DNA of 32,000 bases from an uncultured archaeon (GTDB taxonomy: Archaea > Iainarchaeota > Iainarchaeia > Iainarchaeales > 0-14-0-20-30-16): positions 1 to 32,000 of the forward strand of contig CAYZSS010000002.1 in the NCBI GenBank assembly GCA_964480435.1, written 5' to 3'. Below, piece after piece: positions 8,701 to 18,500 of the stretch. The position numbers and the translations under genes were made by a program. Positions within the stretch are counted from its first letter, which is position 1. Each line of letters starts with the position of its first letter. Below the pieces are notes generated by a model, which worked only from the letters and a program-made list of their open reading frames with translations, was not told the origin of the DNA and searched no databases.

Positions 8701-11700
8701 CAAAAGAATAATCTCCTGCTCCATTATAACAATAATTTTCAATTACCAAATAAGATACAGGATCTTTACCATTCAAGAAAACTGCTGAAATATTCTCACT
8801 TAATTCCCCATTAGCCTCATTTGTTAGATATGCATTAAAACAATCTGGCTCTAAAGGACTATTATCAAAATCAATAGTAATATTAAAATTAACTTCCTTA
8901 ACAAGTTCATCAGATGAATTTGGCGCAAATAAATGCAGCATGGCTGAGACCCCATTTATTGGTGTTACTGACGGCAGACCAGATACTGTTGCTTCGTCAT
9001 AAACAACATTAAATTCTAAATTTTTTGCATCGCCTGACAATATTTTTGGATCGTTAAAATAATTTTGCATTTTATTTACGTCATATAATAAAGAAAATAA
9101 ATATTCTAAATCAACAGGCCCATAAAATTCAGCTTGTTTTATTGTAAAATCTAAATTAGTTTTATTTTCTATATTTAGATTTCTAGAAACTGAGCTTGGC
9201 TCTTTAGGAGCAGTAATATACAAGTCAGCAACATCAGTAGTATCAAATAATAAGTTTGTCACATCTAGTGCCACATTAGCAGACAAATAACCTGTTTTTT
9301 CTGCAACAATAGTTACTTTAGTATCTTTTGGTAAAGAACGAATATTTATAGTTATTTTTCCATCAAGATCTGAAACACCAGTATTATATTGTTGGTTTTG
9401 CAAATTAAAACCAACCCCTTCAGAAATATATACTTTTATTGATACCCCTGCAATTTTATCAACACCAGATTTTATAACTACTGGGATAGTATTAGCAATA
9501 TTTGGAGTTAATAAATGATTATCAGTTAAATAATCAATCCCATTTTCTTCATATAGCTCTAAAGGCTCTGCTGCCACTGTTTGTAAATCCACATGTTTTG
9601 TTACTGCTGCAGAATCCTCATCTTCAACAGTAGATTTAAAATAAAAATAAAGTCTTGAGCTATTTGGTTCTAATAAACTTATTTTTGATTTAAATTCTAA
9701 ACTATTATTTATTGCATAATTTGAAATTGGATACTCCTTAAGAAATAAAGGTGTTGATTCAAAAGGCGGATTTATTAACAGCTGCGAAGATGTAATTTTA
9801 TTTAGAGTTAAAAATTTATTAGTTAAATCAATAGAAAACTCTTTTAAGTCATCAAAGTTTCCTGAAAAAATATTTAGATTACTATTGAAAATAGAAAATT
9901 TATTTGTGTTTAATGCAGGCGCTTTTTCTCCTTTCATTAAATTAACTATAATATTATTATCAACACCAGGAGTAAGATTAATTTCGTTTGAGGACCCACC
10001 TAGAAAACTACTTGCAGACAAACCATTAATATAAGTATCGACACACACATCCTCTTTTGAGTTGTTAGAACCTTCACAAGATGCTCTTTTTCCCAAAAAA
10101 TTTATTATTTCGGTTGCATTTTTAAAAAACGGAACATAGCCAGAAGGAACATTTTTTGTGGTACCATCAGCCAAGTTATATTTTAAAGCATAATAAAAAT
10201 ATAATTTTTCTCCTACTTTAGGAATATCTGTTGATCTTAATTTTACTGCTACCCTTGTCACATAAGAGTTTCCATTAAAAGTTTCAGAAAACCATTTTGC
10301 ATTTGTTACGCCGGTATCATCTTGATTAGCAAAAGAAGAGTCAATTTTTGGTTCCGCATATAATTGTTCAAATTGTTCAGTTCCAAAGCCTAATACATCC
10401 CTTAAAATTAAATCACTTTCAAAAACACTCAAATCTTTTCTTCCTGCAGCCCCATAAAGAGTTACAGCTGATATTTTTTTATTTTCAGAACTAAATTCAG
10501 GGACAAAAATATCAAAGACATAATAAAAATCAATTTTATTATCTATAACAGGCAAACCCTCCGTTGTTTGAGAGTCTTTGTACATCCCAACAAACTTAAT
10601 TTCTGGATTTCCGGCCAAATATTTTTCTTTAGAATAAAGAGTAACTTCTTGATCAAAGGCATCTCCTTTTTTTAACATAATTTCCTGACTATAATAATCC
10701 AAATACCCTGCACAAGAAACTTTAAAATAAATATCATGGAATGCCTCTACTGTTAGTTCCTTACTTGTTTCTCCCCCAATAATAGACATGGAACCATAAT
10801 AACTTGAATCCATATACACATTAATATCTACATTAGTAAGAGGCTTTTTATCTTCATCCACTACGGATACTTTTAGTGTTGCTTTACCAACTTCTACAAC
10901 TATTTTTGCATCAACTTCAGGCAATTTTATTGCAGCAGGGTTATCCATAAGAGTTACTATTTCAGGAGTTTTGTAATTATCATACCAAGAATTATATGCC
11001 ACGATTTTATATGAACCTGTTGGAATTGGTGGCAGACTTACAAACCCATTAGAATCTGTTTTTTGCTGAGTGGCAAAGGTATAGTCAAGATCAGCAAATT
11101 CCCCATCATTATGTTCTACCCTTATTTTCATTTCAGGAAGTGGTTTTTCTACACCATCTTTTAATTTTACTACTTTTAAATTAATTTTCGTATTATTAAA
11201 ATAACTTAATTTTTGTAATTCTAGTTCTACTAATTTATCACCAGATTGTTGGTCATATTCTCTTTGTTCTTCAAGCGAACTATAATTCATATCATATTCC
11301 ATATAAGGAGTAACTTGGAAAAAATAATTTCCTTTTGTATAAACACCAACCTTATACTCTTCCCCAGTGTTTACATCACGAGTATCAATAACATTATTAT
11401 TAATATCTCTTACAAATAAAACTGCCTGAGCAAACCCATTATTGTCTTCTGTTTTTACTTTTATTTTAAAGTACCCCAACGGAGGCACAGCCATTGTAAC
11501 ATTAACTACTACTGGATTGCCAGCAGTAACTTCTAAATCCTGACTATAAGTTACTAAAGTGCCTGTAGGATCTGAAACATAAAGTTTGTATTTACCAACA
11601 GTAATTTCATCAAATGTGTAGCTTCCAAATTCAGTTGTTTTTCCTTGATCTACAATATCTGTAACACTCTCAAGATTTGTTATTTTTACATCAAATCCCT

Positions 11701-12478
11701 CTAATGATACTTTTTTATTATCCATTACATAAACAACAACTTTATTCTTTGGAAAATTATCCATTATTGTTGTTGCAGAAGTAGTTCCTTCTTCATCTAA
11801 AATTACTTTACACAACGCTGTATCACAAGTTTGTTTTTTTGTTACATAACCAGGAATAGTTGTTAATAAATCTAAATAAGTGCAGTTTTCAGGAACAGGC
11901 ACTTTTTGGAAACCATCAATAATAGTTAACTCTTTTTCAAAACCATCACAACTTGCTTTCACTGTTGCTTGATCCTTAATCATAGTTCCAGATTTTTCTA
12001 ATAGATAAATAGTAATATCTTTATTTTTATTATTCCCCGCCAAAGCAGCAACATCTAACTGTGGGAGATTCACTTTAATAATATTAGAATTAATTTCATA
12101 AGTTTTTGTAAAACTATATGGTTCTGTAATTTTTACTGTTGCATATTCGCCCTTACTAAGATTTACTTGCAATATCCCATCTGAAACAATCAAATCTTTA
12201 TTAAATCCTTTAGCAGTTATATTCGCAGTAAAATCGCCATTTACTAAACTATTATCAACATAAAATTGAAATGTAATTTGGGATGTTGAAAAACTTGCAA
12301 TTATTAACCAAACAATCAAACCAATTATTACAAGAGAAAGAACTGAAAAGAAAATCATAGATGGCATAACCTTGTCTATTTGGTCAGTAAGTTTATGTAT
12401 TGGGATAGTATTATTTATTTTATCCAGTAAAGCATAATACTTGTCTTCTAAACCATAATAAAATTCTTTTAATCCCAT
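5795..12478 (-). CDS. Giant (2,227 aa) type-II membrane-anchored surface protein with tandem carboxypeptidase-regulatory/PEGA-like beta-sandwich repeats; paralog of the upstream giant gene
   Basis: A 6.7-kb uninterrupted ORF in AT-rich DNA. The N-terminal 45-aa conserved module is followed by one TM helix (MPSMIFFSVLSLVIIGLIVWLIIASF). Repeats have the G.Y......GY signature (VGKYKLYVSDPTG, TGSYKIVAYNSWYD, CAGYLDYYSQ, KTGYLSANVAL). There are many N-x-S/T sequons and conserved Cys pairs. It is collinear with ORF 12575-19894. Confidence 0.9.
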   Translation of the reverse strand: MGLKEFYYGLEDKYYALLDKINNTIPIHKLTDQIDKVMPSMIFFSVLSLVIIGLIVWLIIASFSTSQITFQFYVDNSLVNGDFTANITAKGFNKDLIVSDGILQVNLSKGEYATVKITEPYSFTKTYEINSNIIKVNLPQLDVAALAGNNKNKDITIYLLEKSGTMIKDQATVKASCDGFEKELTIIDGFQKVPVPENCTYLDLLTTIPGYVTKKQTCDTALCKVILDEEGTTSATTIMDNFPKNKVVVYVMDNKKVSLEGFDVKITNLESVTDIVDQGKTTEFGSYTFDEITVGKYKLYVSDPTGTLVTYSQDLEVTAGNPVVVNVTMAVPPLGYFKIKVKTEDNNGFAQAVLFVRDINNNVIDTRDVNTGEEYKVGVYTKGNYFFQVTPYMEYDMNYSSLEEQREYDQQSGDKLVELELQKLSYFNNTKINLKVVKLKDGVEKPLPEMKIRVEHNDGEFADLDYTFATQQKTDSNGFVSLPPIPTGSYKIVAYNSWYDNYKTPEIVTLMDNPAAIKLPEVDAKIVVEVGKATLKVSVVDEDKKPLTNVDINVYMDSSYYGSMSIIGGETSKELTVEAFHDIYFKVSCAGYLDYYSQEIMLKKGDAFDQEVTLYSKEKYLAGNPEIKFVGMYKDSQTTEGLPVIDNKIDFYYVFDIFVPEFSSENKKISAVTLYGAAGRKDLSVFESDLILRDVLGFGTEQFEQLYAEPKIDSSFANQDDTGVTNAKWFSETFNGNSYVTRVAVKLRSTDIPKVGEKLYFYYALKYNLADGTTKNVPSGYVPFFKNATEIINFLGKRASCEGSNNSKEDVCVDTYINGLSASSFLGGSSNEINLTPGVDNNIIVNLMKGEKAPALNTNKFSIFNSNLNIFSGNFDDLKEFSIDLTNKFLTLNKITSSQLLINPPFESTPLFLKEYPISNYAINNSLEFKSKISLLEPNSSRLYFYFKSTVEDEDSAAVTKHVDLQTVAAEPLELYEENGIDYLTDNHLLTPNIANTIPVVIKSGVDKIAGVSIKVYISEGVGFNLQNQQYNTGVSDLDGKITINIRSLPKDTKVTIVAEKTGYLSANVALDVTNLLFDTTDVADLYITAPKEPSSVSRNLNIENKTNLDFTIKQAEFYGPVDLEYLFSLLYDVNKMQNYFNDPKILSGDAKNLEFNVVYDEATVSGLPSVTPINGVSAMLHLFAPNSSDELVKEVNFNITIDFDNSPLEPDCFNAYLTNEANGELSENISAVFLNGKDPVSYLVIENYCYNGAGDYSFEKIDLNAEMQSAPGNIPGGFTVNIDGYTDVSSTEAYKLFGIEGSKSASLIAPKERSNSPYIYKITYNKLDGYNFGNDTTIKFTLTPYYKKNIGENGLANLSSANVNVTVSEKDISECLTFGLSADSDDPENYLSADPSIIRFGYEKEGGTTKPRANTLDVVGIDDIELPKYESSYKKDTLPLTIINNCGIDLKIKLCDKFLVPDSNYCKVNGMYLSWDDIFNRDLDLKPGEENSIDFDIMRPTYFSGALVIPLSVKDDVSQEYNYIKNVKIAVQSSKGDKYFVVNPFITNNSGDIKVFINELYPDFTGWENNFNFNIVNSDPSGAAKRYQILDTVTASSDGYLDAEYYAIGQNETKGFYRNFDDSEISKLTDSQTIIKDPNWILIAGNIDQHKGGKTSNDDESTTGQYWIWSGSLPDNSNEFKLNYNFDTLGGTHGTVAGEAKEPDFFDFYGLINKMGPNISAPYFVNLATAGVEGDSGGKRTVYSYTFCPPGFEPVDLEFHRDKSGQTDSTGNNLYTDEQNGVQSFIYGGQVDLDTDIGKNDEGATTYAQLLICRKTGLELSLASFVQGYNFNSTTNLEISGSFNGADAETIKLYHTTDSSKDYFFESNLGSCPYGGNTGSEFKPTINYTWGDLVDKEFCVVKDENYAGTTACDLLQFAKVIEKQDQKEFQVKLMYDNYSESALKATENAAFFTNFDNIRILDYSGNPIGVLNPGIYNVNIVQKDNDLDVYLAYVSSYSPNHIFYYMPVDNTGSGLISGVGTAVDKQLSYAAGSEGVFSLVGDEDKSALKQYEVKNYSFKELNTTEIGSVFSGYFNDNLIYYNPMKIFKLTETIPKDENITLNCSDVPEYGSELCEILLHGWTVEKTEGEYIYAENDGIRFEIVENGEIKELKIINLTNVEKTIERIVYSNAVNLSALNVAKEITGLSIDNLESLYNQISKGNVCYKSVEGGSEYYYNPVKLLDMIK

Positions 12479-12574
12479 AAAATCACTTCTTATATTTTTT
12501 GGACCTGTTTTGATTTCCCTTTTTCGGAAATCACAAACTCGCCCATAATAACACCCTAATTTCTTATTTCTATC

Positions 12575-15500
12575 TTATTCTGCTTCTTCTGCCTCTTCTT
12601 TGTATTCATTCCAAAATACATTCATCCATTGGCTTGTTGAATTAATACACAATTTTTCACCAGAGATATCAGTAAACACATCTTGTAAAGTTTTTCCTGT
12701 GCCTTGTTTTGATGTTGGATTACCATTAGACAACATATTTATTGGTGATTTATATGATACAGTCCCAGCATTTTCTTTTGTGTATATGTATGCGTACAGT
12801 TCTATATCTTTGGTATCAGAAGTTACTGATTCTTGATTGTATTTTATTCCAGATTGATTTCCACAAACATTTGGTTCAGAACTTTTTGGATAATTATCTG
12901 CCAATTTTTGGCCTGTGAAATCCAATAAGTTAGCGTCCTTTGCAAAGAAAGGTAATACTGAATCAGGGCTATCATAAGTTTGAGAATCAACTAAAACAGA
13001 GTAACAAAACTTAGTATCTCCTGTAGGATTTACTTTCACAGTTGAATCAATTTTTGTTTGCATTAAAGGAACAAAGTTAACTGATACAAAACCATCTGCA
13101 ATTTTATCAATACTTAAAACACTTCCTCTGTCTATTTTATTTGCTTTTACAAAGCTATAATCATTACTTGTGTCCAAAGTATTTATTGGATTAGATGTAG
13201 AGTCTGTTGTTGCTTTTTTCAGATAGTCACCCATTTTAAACAAGTCAATTGTGTTTCCTGAAAAATCAACACCATAACCTTGTCTATCAACTACATAGTT
13301 TGTTATTCCCACAGGGCCATCCAAAGGCATATAATATAGAATATTATCTTGCACAGGAGTTTCTGCTTTTTCCAATAAAATGTATATATCTTTTATTTCT
13401 AAATCCATATTATCATAGGTAATTATTGTTCTAACAAGATACTTTCCAGGCCCACTCAAAGTTTTTGTGCCATCTACATTTAAAATTTTTAGTTTTCCTG
13501 ATTTCAACAATGGTAAATAAGTTGAAATTATATGATCTGGGCACTCGAAAAAGTCATCATTACAGGCATCAACAAAATCATTAATAAAATCTTCTCCAAA
13601 TCCATCTTTCATTAAATCTGCTTGGAAATAAATTTTATCTTTTGCAGCATTTAATTTATCATTAGTTTCTTTTGGAATTTGTCCATTCACATCTAAGAAA
13701 TAATTTGAAATTTGCATCATACCATTATTTATTTCTGTAGATAATGGAATATTCATCGCAGTTTGTGGTAATGGAGGATAATACTTAAACTTTACTTTTA
13801 CTAATAAAGTTTTTGTTTTTGCAGCATTCACATTTACCACATTCAAAATAAACTCTTTTTCAATATTATTTAAATCACTATATTTTTTAACATCAGTTAT
13901 CAAAGTAAACAGATAGATATTTGGATTTGTTTCTGATAAGTTTACCAGATCTTGTATATCAATTCCAGTACCCGAAACAGAAATTTTGCTAATATTGGAA
14001 TCCTGTGTTTTTGTTACTATAAAATACACTTCTTTGGTATCAGGATTCTGTTGCACACGCATATTAGTTACCCCTATTTGTTCTGCTACTGCATCAAGAT
14101 AATTAATATCCACATCTACACCTTCAGGAATAGGTGGAAGCATAGGCACAGACAACGCCCCAAGAGTTTTTATATCTTTATTAAATGTATCAATTCTGTT
14201 AAACATATTCATCAATAATTGTGTAGAATCGCAGTAATTATCTTCTCCACAAAAGGCCAATTTTTTATATGGGCCTGCGCCATCTTTCCAACTCCAATTA
14301 TATTCGATTTTTGGAGCTGCATTTTCCCCAGTAAAACCTAAAACATCTCCCTTAGAGTTTGTACAAGGGGCACCTAATGGAATACTTTTTTGCTCTTCTT
14401 GTAGAGGATTATATAGAGCTACCCTATAATTATATTTTGTTCCTTCTGTATCAAGAGAATTTTCCATATTAAAACTAATATCAAAGTAATTATTTCCAGG
14501 CAATAATGACTCTGTTGGTTTTGTGAAAATTACCCTTGCTAATCCAGTTCCAGGAAGCCCATAAGGGATACCTTTGAATTGTTCTGAAAGCCAAGTTTTA
14601 TTATCCATTTTACATAAAACATAAACATTGGACTTTAACTCAAAACCATCCAAAAATCCAGCGCCACTACAATCAGGTTTAAATTCAACTGAGTTTCCTG
14701 TTATTTCATATGGTTTTTCTGGCCAACCACATATCTGTTTTTTAGTATCATGTATAATTATCCCTGGTTCGTATACTTCGTATCCTGGTCCACAACTAAC
14801 TTTAAACCATAAATCCTTTTTGTGGTCACCATCAGTAAAACCTACAGACCCGGCAACTTGTTTATTTACATGATATAATCTAAAATATGCCTCACCAGTT
14901 AAATCCATAGATTTGATTATGTCCTCAGACAACACTTTTTCTACCCCAAGAGTATCAGTTAATTTACCTGTGTCCAAGTCTATTCTATATGGTGGTATTG
15001 TTACATCCCCATTATTATAAATAAAATATTCAGTGCTTTGTTCAAAATCAGATATTGCCGCAACTATAACCATAGTTGCTGCTGCTGCTGCAGCAATACC
15101 ACAGATAATCCATCCCGCAACAGGAATTGGAGCAGTTGCTGCCGCAGTAATTAACAAAGCCCCTGTTGCTGACATATAAGTTGTTGCAGCAATAGTAGGC
15201 AAAGTAAGAGCAATTGCTGCAAAGGTAATAGCACCAGCTGTTGTAGTTGCCGCACTAGCAATAAAAACAGCTGCTCTTGCATCCGCATCGTTATCTACTT
15301 TATCTCCAGAATAAGTGCCTAAATTACTACTAAAATTCAACCTATCTAGAGAATCCCAACAGCCAGACTCCTCCCCCTCACAAGTGTTAATCTTGCTTAA
15401 CACTTCTAAATCCATTAAACTGTAAAGTCGCACATCAGTGTTAAATAAATACATTACATCAGAATTACCATCTGTATTTACTTGTAAAAAAGGGCTATAA

Positions 15501-18500
15501 CTAAACAACCCATAACCAGATGTTGTTTGAACATTTGTTTTCAAATCATAAATCTTTTTGAAACCAAATTGGTCTGGAGTTCTTAACCAAATATCCAAAG
15601 CATATGCACCTGGAATTGAAGGTCTATATATTTCTATTTCTTTACTTTCTCCACCAACTATTTTTACACCATCAGTTAACTTATCATCTGAAAATCTAAG
15701 CCTTGCTTCTGTGTTTTCATTTCCACAGCCAGCACTAAAATTTGGAGGATATTCATTATCTTTACAAACTCTTACAAATAAAGTTGAACCAACACACTCA
15801 TTCTTTATTTCTATTTCTTTTGATGGTCCATTAATTTTTTGCCCTATATTTTCAAAAGAGGATAAATAAGCTGTGCTATCAAATACTTCAAAATCAAGCT
15901 TTTCTATTTTTTCTCCTTCTGTGTCATAAACCCCAATACAATCTGCCAAATTCATTGCAGAAACATTTATTTCTATTTTATTGGATTCTATTTTTGCAGG
16001 GCCTGATTCAGTATTAACATAACCAATCAATTTTATTCCAATTTTTTGTGTTCCTTTTGTTGTTCTAGGAGTAATACCTAAACCGGCAATAATTGGATTA
16101 AAATCAGCCTTCCAATTTTCAAAAACCAAAGTTGGGAAGCCTATATCAAGAGTTGCAGACATTTTATCAGGAATACTTATTGTATATCCGGCAACACCAT
16201 AACTACCATCTTCTAAAGACAATTGCACAAATGCTTTATCTAAAGTAGCAAGTTTGACATTTGCCACATCAAGCAGACAGGAATTTACAATTTCCACTTG
16301 GGCACTAATTTCTTTTTCCAAATAGAAATCTGTTTGATTGTCAACCATAGAAATACTTAAACATTCACTTGCATTTTCCGGATAAGAATCTAATCTAAAT
16401 GTTATTGTAAATGGTATCTCCAAAACAATATCACCAGGGCTAGTAGATAAATGTAATTTTATTTTACCACTAATCTTATCAACAGGGATTGTGTTAGTTG
16501 AACTTTCTTTTGCAATTACTTTAAAGAAATATTGCAAATTTGTTTCATTTGGTTCCATTCCTTCTTCCATACCATAAATTACTTTTCCATTAAATTCTGA
16601 ATTAAAATAAGATTCCATTGCTTCCCAATTCAGCAAATATTTAGAATCTTGGGAATATTTATCAAAAATAATTTCAGCATTTTCCAAAATTAAATCTTGC
16701 GCGCTTGCATTAGTTATTTCTAAGTCCGCAGTTTTCACTTTTTCTTTTGGATATGCCAAATCAATTTCTAATTTTTCAGGATTAAAAGTAACAATTTCAG
16801 CTAATACTTTCAGGTCCGGAGTTAAATCCTTATGCTTATAACTTTTATAACCAGGTTTATATGCCAAAATTTGGATAAAAGTTCCTTTTTCTAAAGGAGG
16901 AAGTTTGCATAAAATCTTTCCTTCATAATCAGTTACCATATTAACACAGGAATCAGATTGCACAGCATAATAACCATCATCAGACTGCCCTTTTTTGAAA
17001 ATGCTAACTACTGCATCTTTTATTATGGACCCAGTTTCATCATAAACATAAACTTTTAGGTCTTGTGCTTTAGTTGGAACTAAAACAGTGTTTGGGAAAA
17101 ACTTAATTGCTAAAGAATGTGCAGCATCAGGAATAAAAGAATAATTAAATGCAGGTTCCCCTCTTACAGGCACTTGTTTATCTGTATCAATTATCCAAAA
17201 ATTCAAATAATTTGCTTTATCAGTTGTGGGAATAAAATCAAAATTTCCATTTATTGTTTTATTAGCAAAGAAATTTGTAAATTCATACTTGTCAACTAAC
17301 ATTGATTTTGCTGAAGACCAGTTTTGAGATTGAGTATTTGGACCGGATAAAGTTATGTTTGTAAAATTAAAATAATTATAATTATCAAGATCATTTTCAA
17401 CAACTAAAAAACTTTGGCCTGGGGCATTTGCAGTGTGTGCTTTCAGATATCCATTTTTTATTTCTCCATCTGTTGCAGTAATACCATTCATCAAAGTAAA
17501 TTCCGTTTTGTATCCTTTTCCAATAACTAAAGAATATTTTTGTTCATTCTTATTTACATTTCCAAGATTCTCTAGATACAATTGACTTTCTAAATCAAGC
17601 ACAGATGTTTTTGCACAAAACATATCAGTACAATCTAGTGAACTGCCTAAAAAGTATTGCTTTTCTTCATGTGATTCTGACACAGAACTATTATCTAAAA
17701 ATAATTCCCAGCTTACATTTAAAGAAGAATATAATGATACAGAGGAGTCATTTCTTACTTTTATTTTTATATAAATTCTGTAAGTTCCTTTTTCAACATC
17801 ACTACCCTCAACCCCTTTATTCCATTTTGCAGTTAAAACTTTTCCTTCATCTTCAGTAGGATTGTTTTTTTCAAAATCCTCATACATTGAATCTATCTGG
17901 GAAGATGCATAATCCCCAATTATAAACAACGGATCTTGCTCTACATCTGTGGAATTAGTGCCTGTGATATATTGGAATTCCATTTCACTTACATCTTGAT
18001 ACAAATGAATATCATATCCCAAATAAACTTCTTTTCCAATTTCAAAGGATGTTTTTTCGCCACCCATAGAATCAAAAATACCTAAAAATGTTACTCTTGC
18101 TTTTTCTTCATCATCTTTAAATTTTTGTGGTTCTAAATTTACATTTCCGTCCCAAATAATTTGTGGGGTTAATACTCTTGATTCACTAAAGAATGGTAAA
18201 TAACCCTCACTTTTAACTTCAAAAAACTTTTTTGTCCCTGCTTTCAAAGAAAAAGTCATTTTTCCTTTGTTATCCGAAAGTTTTGAACCCAATTTTTCTA
18301 TATTTGTGCTTTTATTAAAAAAAGAAAATTCTGCAAAAGGAATAGGATAGCCTAAGTCATCTAAAACAGAAATATCAAAACTTCCATTTCCTAAATATAA
18401 AAATACTTTTACTTCTTCTTGTGGTATTTCAGTATTACTTGTTTCAGTTACTTGGACTTGATCACTCATTCCTTCAGAGTATCCTTTATAAGCCCTAAAA

